In this document: positions 40,597-46,069 of the stretch, piece after piece
Numbering within the stretch: the stretch's first letter is position 1
Layout: each line of letters opens with the position of its first letter
Source of the DNA: Phycisphaera mikurensis
GTDB taxonomy: Bacteria; Planctomycetota; B15-G4; JADJEK01
Direction of reading: 5' to 3'
NCBI GenBank assembly: GCA_020723465.1
Contig: DYIW01000007.1
Location: 1-46,069, forward strand
DNA length: 46,069 nucleotides
Notes under the pieces: generated by a model
What the model was told of the DNA's origin: nothing
Databases searched by the model: none
The model's input: the letters and a program-made list of their open reading frames with translations, nothing else
Made by a program: the position numbers and the translations under genes

Positions 40597-43500
40597 CTAT
40601 TCCACGTGCCTGAGCTCGGGCAGATTCCAGGCCTGCTGGCCGTCAATCGCCAGCGTGTAGCCTTCCAGCGCTTCCGCGTAGACACGCGTGCCGTCGGGGC
40701 GGTCCCAGGTGATGTCCAGGTTCTTGCCGTGATAGCGGATGTTGGTGAAGCGGAAGTACTCGAGATGCTTCACCAGCGGCCAGAGCTCGACGCGGCCGTC
40801 CATGTGGGGGACGAGCCCGCCCACGAAGCGGATGAGGAGGTCGTTGTAGGACGACTGGAAGGCATCCGCGCAGCCCTCGCACCGGCCGGTGTCGCCGTCA
40901 TGGCACTCGCGCAGCAGCGGCCGCTCCGCCGCGCCTTCCTCGAAGTGCAGGCGCGTGAAGCTGTCGAGGAAGCGCCGTAGCGCCTCCTCGGTGACTGCCG
41001 AGGGGCCGTAGCAGCGCAGCGCGTTTGCCAGCGCCTCGGCGATCATGCTGTTGGCGAGGGGCCAGGTGCTGCCGTTCCAGGCGAAGACGCCCTCGTCGCT
41101 GCCGGGGATCTGGCGCTTCTCGACGCGTGGCGAAGCGCCCGGGATGCGGCGCGCCACGGTGGCGAACGGATGATCGCTCCAGTACTCGCCGGGGGCGACC
41201 AGCGCATCGAGGGCGGCGCGGAACTCGGGCTCGTCCGGAGCGAGGCGGAAGCAGAAGGGATAAAGGCACGACAGGTCCGCGGGCCGAGCGCGGGCCCCGT
41301 CCTTCTCGCGGAGCGAGAAGAAGGAGCGTGCCTGCGTGTCCCACATGCGCGCAAGCACCGCCTGCCGCACGCGCTCGGCCGTGCCGTTCCAGCGCGCCTC
41401 TTCGCCCGCGTCGCCGAGCACGGCGTAGCCCTCGGCCAGGGCGCAGGCCGAGGCGAACACGAAGGAGGCGTAGGCGACCGTCTCGAGGCGCGCGCCCGCG
41501 ATGCGGTCCTCGCCATCGAACGAGAAGAACGCGGGCGCGAAGGGCGTGCCCGACTGCAGGTGGCCGGGAGGCGCGGGCAGGCCGTTCTGGTCGGCGTCGA
41601 ACAAGGCGAGCACGGCGTCCACGTTCTGCGCCAGCAGGCCGAGGATCTCCTTGAGGTACTGCTCGGAACCGTTGACCGCGAAGCCGCCGAGCGCCGCGGC
41701 CGGGACCCAGTCGGCGTGGCAGCCGCCGCGCGTCTCGGCGTCGACGCACGGCAGGAGCCCCTCGGGGTACTGCTGCATGAGCAGGGCGCGGATCTGTCCC
41801 TGGGCGAACTCCTGATTCCTGAGCCAGCGCACCTCCGAGAGAATGAGCGGCGTGGTCGAGGTGCTGAGCGAGGCGCGCAGGCCCTCGCGCCCTTCGAAGA
41901 AGACCGGCAGGGAGAAGTTGGGCAGGTCGAGGCGAGCCATGGCGTGACGCGCCAGGAACCAGCGGTAATGCCAGGCCTGCTCCATGAGCGGGTCGCTGCA
42001 GGAGAAGCGCGGCGCGTTCTCGTCGAACCAATCCATGCATTCCTGCACGTGGCGCCGCACGAGATCCTCGCCGTGATTCGCGAACTCCTGCGCCAACAGG
42101 ATGGTCATGAAGCTCTGCCGCCCGGTCGCGAGCACCAGGTTCGCCGACTCGGTCGCGCCGGGCGCGAGCACGAAGTGGCGCAGAAGCGCGCGCTCGCCGC
42201 TCGGAGCGCGGGTCACGACGAAGTCGGGAGCGGCGAGGGCGAGATGCACCGGCGCGCCGTGGAAGTCGGCCTCGCCGAGCAGCGCCTGCATGCGCCCCGT
42301 CTCGGGCGGCACCTCGATCGTGGCCGCGATGAGCAGCGGGATTTCGACGCCGCCGTCCTTGGCGAAGCGCACGCGCTCGATGAAGCGGCCGGGCGGTGGG
42401 ACGTACGCCAGGCGCACCGCCTGCTCTTTCAGGTGCGGCAGGGTCAAGAGGAGCCACTCGCTGCGCTCGGCGAGGTCCTCGCGCGCGCCGGCCGGCGGCG
42501 CCGCGGCTTGCGGCGCGCGCGCTGGCCAGGTCAATACCTCGGAGGTGCCGTCGTCGAACAGGAACTCGTAGCGCGCTGGCGGCGCGCCCGCCGCGTCCGA
42601 GCCGCGCGGCGCGCGCACCATGCCGAGCAGGTGCACCTCTGAGCGGGCGGGCCGGACCGGCTCGAGCGGGAACTCCACGGCGGCCGGGAAGGAGTGCGCC
42701 GGGTCGCCCTCGAAGCCGCCCTGGAGGGCCACCAGCGTGGGCGCGTTCTCCGGTCCGGGATCGCGGATGAGGAAGGTCACCGAGTCGTAGCGCGAACCGC
42801 CCGGGAAGAGCGGGATCTGCTCCGGCACGTCGAAGAGGAAGGACTGGCCCGGGGCGAGATCCGGCAGCGGGACACCTTCTTCCGTGAAGAAGAAGCCGTC
42901 CAGGGCCGCGGTGCAGACCGGAGTCGGCGGGGCGGCGAGGGACAGGGTGTGCCGGCCGGGACCGAGGTTGGCCACCGGGATATCGAGGAAGCGCCAGTGC
43001 CGGGGCTCCTCGCCCCAGCCGCCGGTGGAGAGGATCTCGAGCGGCCGCAGGTCCGTGCTGTCCACGCGCACGCGCAGCATTGCGGTTCCGGAGGCGCCAC
43101 GGGCGTACCTCAGGCGCAGCACGGGGCGTTCGAGCGGCGGGATGATCACCTGATAGAGGACCTCGCTGCCGAACTCCGAGCCGAAGCCACCGGCCAGGCA
43201 GAAGCCCGCCGACGCGCTCACGCGCGCCTCTTCGCCGCCCGGCCCGGCGACATAGATGGGCTGTTCGCACTCCACCCAGGCCATGGAGGGCGCCGGCCCG
43301 GCCGTGAACAGGCGCCGGCCGCTCGTGGGCGCGACGTTCGCGACCGCCGTGAAATCGACCGGGATCTGGCGCGAGTGGAAGCGCTCCAGCAGGGGCGTCA
43401 TGCCGCCATGCACAAAAAGGCGCACGTCCAGTTCACGATCCGGCGACGTGTTGGTGAGGACGACATGGTCGACCAGCATGTCGCTGAAGGTGATGAACTT

Positions 43501-43881
43501 CTTCTCCGCCAGCCGGAAACCATCTCCGTTCCAGGCGGCGGCGAGGTGCGAAGGCTGCCAGACTGCCTGCTCCGGTTCGAGCCGCAGCGGGCCATCCTCG
43601 CCATACAGCTCGACGACGATCGGGTCCTCCCAGCGCGCGCGCCCGCTGCCGTAGCGGAACAGCCCGCGCAGCCCGGGCGCAGCGCTGACCTGCTCGGCGT
43701 AGAGCCTCTGGCCGGTCGGGCCGAAGGTGCCGTGGCGCTCGCCGGCGCGGCGCAGGCGCGTGTCGTAGGTGGAGGCCGCCTCCTGCGCGCGGGCTGGAGC
43801 GGCGGCCGCGGCGCACGCGCACAACAGGAGGGTGGAAAGGGCGCGCCGCCGCGTCCCGGTCCGGAGCCGAAGCGTCTTCAT
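40597..43881 (-). CDS. Large secreted protein with a C-terminal (alpha/alpha)6-barrel glycoside hydrolase domain (GH63/MGH1/trehalase-like).
   Basis: The signal sequence is MKTLRLRTGTRRRALSTLLLCACAAAAAPARAQ. The pattern ...RMWDTQARSFFSL...YPF...GEYWSDHPF...AWNGSTWPLANSMIAEAL resembles GH63/GH37-clan catalytic domains. The N-terminal ~600 aa are uncharacterised. Confidence 0.55.
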   Translation of the reverse strand: MKTLRLRTGTRRRALSTLLLCACAAAAAPARAQEAASTYDTRLRRAGERHGTFGPTGQRLYAEQVSAAPGLRGLFRYGSGRARWEDPIVVELYGEDGPLRLEPEQAVWQPSHLAAAWNGDGFRLAEKKFITFSDMLVDHVVLTNTSPDRELDVRLFVHGGMTPLLERFHSRQIPVDFTAVANVAPTSGRRLFTAGPAPSMAWVECEQPIYVAGPGGEEARVSASAGFCLAGGFGSEFGSEVLYQVIIPPLERPVLRLRYARGASGTAMLRVRVDSTDLRPLEILSTGGWGEEPRHWRFLDIPVANLGPGRHTLSLAAPPTPVCTAALDGFFFTEEGVPLPDLAPGQSFLFDVPEQIPLFPGGSRYDSVTFLIRDPGPENAPTLVALQGGFEGDPAHSFPAAVEFPLEPVRPARSEVHLLGMVRAPRGSDAAGAPPARYEFLFDDGTSEVLTWPARAPQAAAPPAGAREDLAERSEWLLLTLPHLKEQAVRLAYVPPPGRFIERVRFAKDGGVEIPLLIAATIEVPPETGRMQALLGEADFHGAPVHLALAAPDFVVTRAPSGERALLRHFVLAPGATESANLVLATGRQSFMTILLAQEFANHGEDLVRRHVQECMDWFDENAPRFSCSDPLMEQAWHYRWFLARHAMARLDLPNFSLPVFFEGREGLRASLSTSTTPLILSEVRWLRNQEFAQGQIRALLMQQYPEGLLPCVDAETRGGCHADWVPAAALGGFAVNGSEQYLKEILGLLAQNVDAVLALFDADQNGLPAPPGHLQSGTPFAPAFFSFDGEDRIAGARLETVAYASFVFASACALAEGYAVLGDAGEEARWNGTAERVRQAVLARMWDTQARSFFSLREKDGARARPADLSCLYPFCFRLAPDEPEFRAALDALVAPGEYWSDHPFATVARRIPGASPRVEKRQIPGSDEGVFAWNGSTWPLANSMIAEALANALRCYGPSAVTEEALRRFLDSFTRLHFEEGAAERPLLRECHDGDTGRCEGCADAFQSSYNDLLIRFVGGLVPHMDGRVELWPLVKHLEYFRFTNIRYHGKNLDITWDRPDGTRVYAEALEGYTLAIDGQQAWNLPELRHVE

Positions 43882-43922
43882 GGGGATGTGGAGTCCTGCT
43901 CCCGCGCCGTCTCCAGCAGCGG

Positions 43923-46069
43923 TCAGCCGATGTGAACCGTCACGCGATCGCGGTTGGTCAAGTAGAGCTGACCGCTGATCACGTCCTGGAGCCAGGCCTG
44001 GAAGTAGCCCTCCATGCCGTCGAGGCTCGGCAGCGCCGGTACGGAGAACTCGGCGTGGAACTCGCCGTTGCCGTCCAGCGCGGCGATGATCGGCGGCAGC
44101 ATGGTGAAAGTGTCGATGAGCATCAGTCCCTGTGGCAGGGAACGGTAGCCGGGGCCGAGCGCCACGCACAGGCCGAGGCTCGCATTGGCGTCCCCCTTCA
44201 CGTCCACCGCGAGCTTCGTGGGATCGTTGTTGGCGACGTGCGCCACGAGGTCGATGGGGAAGCCGAGGTGTTCGAGCAGACGCGCGGCCAGGAGCTTGCC
44301 GTGGCTGGGGTGCGCGGCGTCGACCAGGTCAGCGATCTGGAGCGACAGAGCCGCGGTGCGATAGGTGCCCGTCGAATAGGTGACCGCCTTCGCGTCGCTG
44401 CCGTTGTGCAGCACGGCCACGGCCGAGGCCGTGGGAGTCAGGTGGTCGCTGGAGTCGCTCTCGCCGTAGTAGCCGAAGGTCATGCCCGCGGTGAGGGTGC
44501 CCGCCACTCCCGTGACGCTGCCGCTCACGGTGCTGCCGGCCGAGGCCGAGGCGATGCCGAAGTGGGCGCGGTAGATCGAGCTGCTCGAGTCCTGGGCGAA
44601 GCCGTTGCCGCCTTCCAGGTAGGCCTCGCCGCCGGCGTTCAGGAAGGAGACCAGGCTGTTGGCCTGCGTGCTGGTGAGCGCCTTGTTGAGCGGGTTCATG
44701 CCGAGACAGATGAGCGCGGCCTGGTAGGCGCCGAGGGACGCGGGCCAGGCGGTCAGGTAGCGCACGTTCAGGCCGAGGTCGTCGCAGGCCTCGGCCAGGA
44801 GCGGGCCGGAATCGGGCGACCCCTCCAGGTCGATCACGGCGATGGGCTTGCTGGAGGTGATCCTGAAGTAGTTCCAGGCGTCCGTGGGCGCGCGTCGGAT
44901 GTTGGGCGGCGAGGCCCCGTCCTGCGCCACGATGCGATACGAGATCAGGTCATTGAGCGCCACGGCTCCGGTCATGAGCGCGCTGAAGCGGAAGGTGCCC
45001 GTGTCCTTGATCAGCGCCACCGTGGGCTGCGGCACGCCCTTGATGGCGTACTCGAGCGTGACGGCGGGAATGCCGGTGTCGTCCGTGGCGACGCACTCGA
45101 TGGTGAGGGGCCACTCCGCGGGCGTCGCGCCGTGGATGGCGAGGTGTTCCAGGTCCGGAGGCTCCGTGTCGCTCTCGACCTGGATGTGGAACATGCCGCT
45201 CGGCGCCACCAGCGGCTCGTTCTTCTGGTTGCCGGCCAGGTCCTCGGCGTGGACGTAGTAGTCGATGCGCGTGCCCAGGGGCTGTGCCGGGATCGCTCCA
45301 GCGTACTCGTGCGGGTTGCCCGTGGGCGCCATCGCCGCCGTCTGGAAGGGCGCCGCGCCGCTGCGCGTCCAGAGGATCTCCGGGTTCTTGGACAAGGCCG
45401 TGGCGCTGTCGGGGATGACGCGTGCCGTCACCGCATAGGGATTGAGCACGTCGTCGGTCGATTCCCAGTGCGGCTGGGCGTAGATACGGATGGCGTCGCC
45501 GCGCACGAAGTTGCGCGAGCGGCAGTGGATGGAGTCGCCCCACGTCGTGCCGCCGTTGTCGACGTTGATGACGCGGTAGCCGGGGGCGGCTTCCTGGTAG
45601 ATCTGCTTGGCGATGGCGTCGCTCGGCAGGTTGTACTTGCAGATCAGCAGCTTGTCCTGAGTCTGGAGGCTGTTGATGTAGGCGGTCCACGAGGACCAGA
45701 CGTCCCACAGGGGCATGCGCCGGATCTGGTAGGGCCAGCCGTAGGGGGACTGCAAGGTCCGGAAGTACTCGAGCGCGGCCTCGCAGTAGTACCAGGGCGT
45801 GCTGTTCACGGGGAACTCGCCCCAGATCATGCTGTCGGGCGTGAGGATCTTGCCGAATGTGTCGAAGTGCTCGATCGTGTAGCTGATCTCGGGCGTGACG
45901 TAGCGCTGGATGCCAAGGTAGTCGGCCATGATCTGGTCGACCTCGGTCTCGCTCTTGGAGGGATTCTCCTGGTAGACCAGGCGCGTCGACCAGGCGTTGC
46001 CATAGCCGTCGGTGTAGTAGTTGCCGCCGGTGTGGATCAGGTCCATGCCGTAGTAGGGGATGCCGTAGG
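43923..46069 (-). CDS. PAD_porph / agmatine deiminase-family enzyme with a long C-terminal extension. It is 5'-truncated by the window end.
   Basis: HTGGNYYTDGYGNAWST, IEHFDTFGKIL, YINSL and GDSIHCRSRN carry the catalytic Cys context. The frame stays open upstream of the first Met to position 46069 (..YGIPYYGMDL..). Confidence 0.75.
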   Translation of the reverse strand, partial: YGIPYYGMDLIHTGGNYYTDGYGNAWSTRLVYQENPSKSETEVDQIMADYLGIQRYVTPEISYTIEHFDTFGKILTPDSMIWGEFPVNSTPWYYCEAALEYFRTLQSPYGWPYQIRRMPLWDVWSSWTAYINSLQTQDKLLICKYNLPSDAIAKQIYQEAAPGYRVINVDNGGTTWGDSIHCRSRNFVRGDAIRIYAQPHWESTDDVLNPYAVTARVIPDSATALSKNPEILWTRSGAAPFQTAAMAPTGNPHEYAGAIPAQPLGTRIDYYVHAEDLAGNQKNEPLVAPSGMFHIQVESDTEPPDLEHLAIHGATPAEWPLTIECVATDDTGIPAVTLEYAIKGVPQPTVALIKDTGTFRFSALMTGAVALNDLISYRIVAQDGASPPNIRRAPTDAWNYFRITSSKPIAVIDLEGSPDSGPLLAEACDDLGLNVRYLTAWPASLGAYQAALICLGMNPLNKALTSTQANSLVSFLNAGGEAYLEGGNGFAQDSSSSIYRAHFGIASASAGSTVSGSVTGVAGTLTAGMTFGYYGESDSSDHLTPTASAVAVLHNGSDAKAVTYSTGTYRTAALSLQIADLVDAAHPSHGKLLAARLLEHLGFPIDLVAHVANNDPTKLAVDVKGDANASLGLCVALGPGYRSLPQGLMLIDTFTMLPPIIAALDGNGEFHAEFSVPALPSLDGMEGYFQAWLQDVISGQLYLTNRDRVTVHIG

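Noticed and set aside
1-46069. CRISPR arrays, rRNA genes, canonical tRNAs, IS elements and transposases.
   Set aside because: I saw no short regularly spaced direct repeats, no rRNA-like conserved blocks, no full cloverleaf and no transposase or integrase motifs on either strand. The only tRNA-like fragment is the 59-nt element reported as a low-confidence finding.

Overview
This is a high-GC bacterial window (about 70% by eye). Most very long ORFs in the six-frame track are Arg/Pro/Gly-rich antisense or off-frame shadows, so calls rest on motifs, signal peptides, start/stop coupling and paralog comparison. No rRNA, canonical tRNA, CRISPR array, transposase or integrase was recognised.

Part A (about 0.3-18.6 kb) is a defence island written as one plus-strand, translationally coupled gene train. 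A RusA-like ORF is followed by an SNF2 helicase with a C-terminal PD-(D/E)xK domain, a DUF1156 (COG1743-type) DNA methyltransferase and a DUF499 (COG1483-type) P-loop ATPase. As far as I know, this predicted R-M/BREX-like trio is mechanistically uncharacterised. The core is interrupted twice:
- An AIPR abortive-infection gene plus a small wHTH gene sit between helicase and methylase. The wHTH ORF begins with a copy of the first ~11 methylase codons.
- Three different ABC-ATPase modules sit between methylase and DUF499: ATPase + DUF4276 + a small unknown protein; an orphan ATPase; and a fused ATPase-DUF4435/TOPRIM, PARIS/OLD-like protein.

Each ATPase module is preceded by a diverged, in-frame copy of the methylase 3' end. 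One junction also carries a copy of the DUF499 RBS and first ~26 codons. Differences between copies are mostly synonymous. This points to cassette capture from diverged homologous systems through flanking homology, and it is the most interesting feature of the window.

Part B (18.6-46 kb) looks like ordinary chromosome rich in secreted and lipoproteins:
- CBM9-like lipoprotein, GH130 phosphorylase, YgjP-like metallopeptidase and NahK-like kinase.
- A secreted FlgD-Ig/transglutaminase-like protein and an HDOD protein.
- Two tandem equal-length Pro/Gly-rich secreted paralogs, convergent with two NHL-propeller paralogs.
- A cyclase/formamidase gene that appears to start at CTG, coupled to a secreted PAD/agmatine-deiminase-family enzyme.
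- Saccharopine dehydrogenase, an alpha/beta hydrolase, an orphan LanC-like protein, a large (alpha/alpha)6 glycoside hydrolase, and a second PAD-family gene truncated by the window end.
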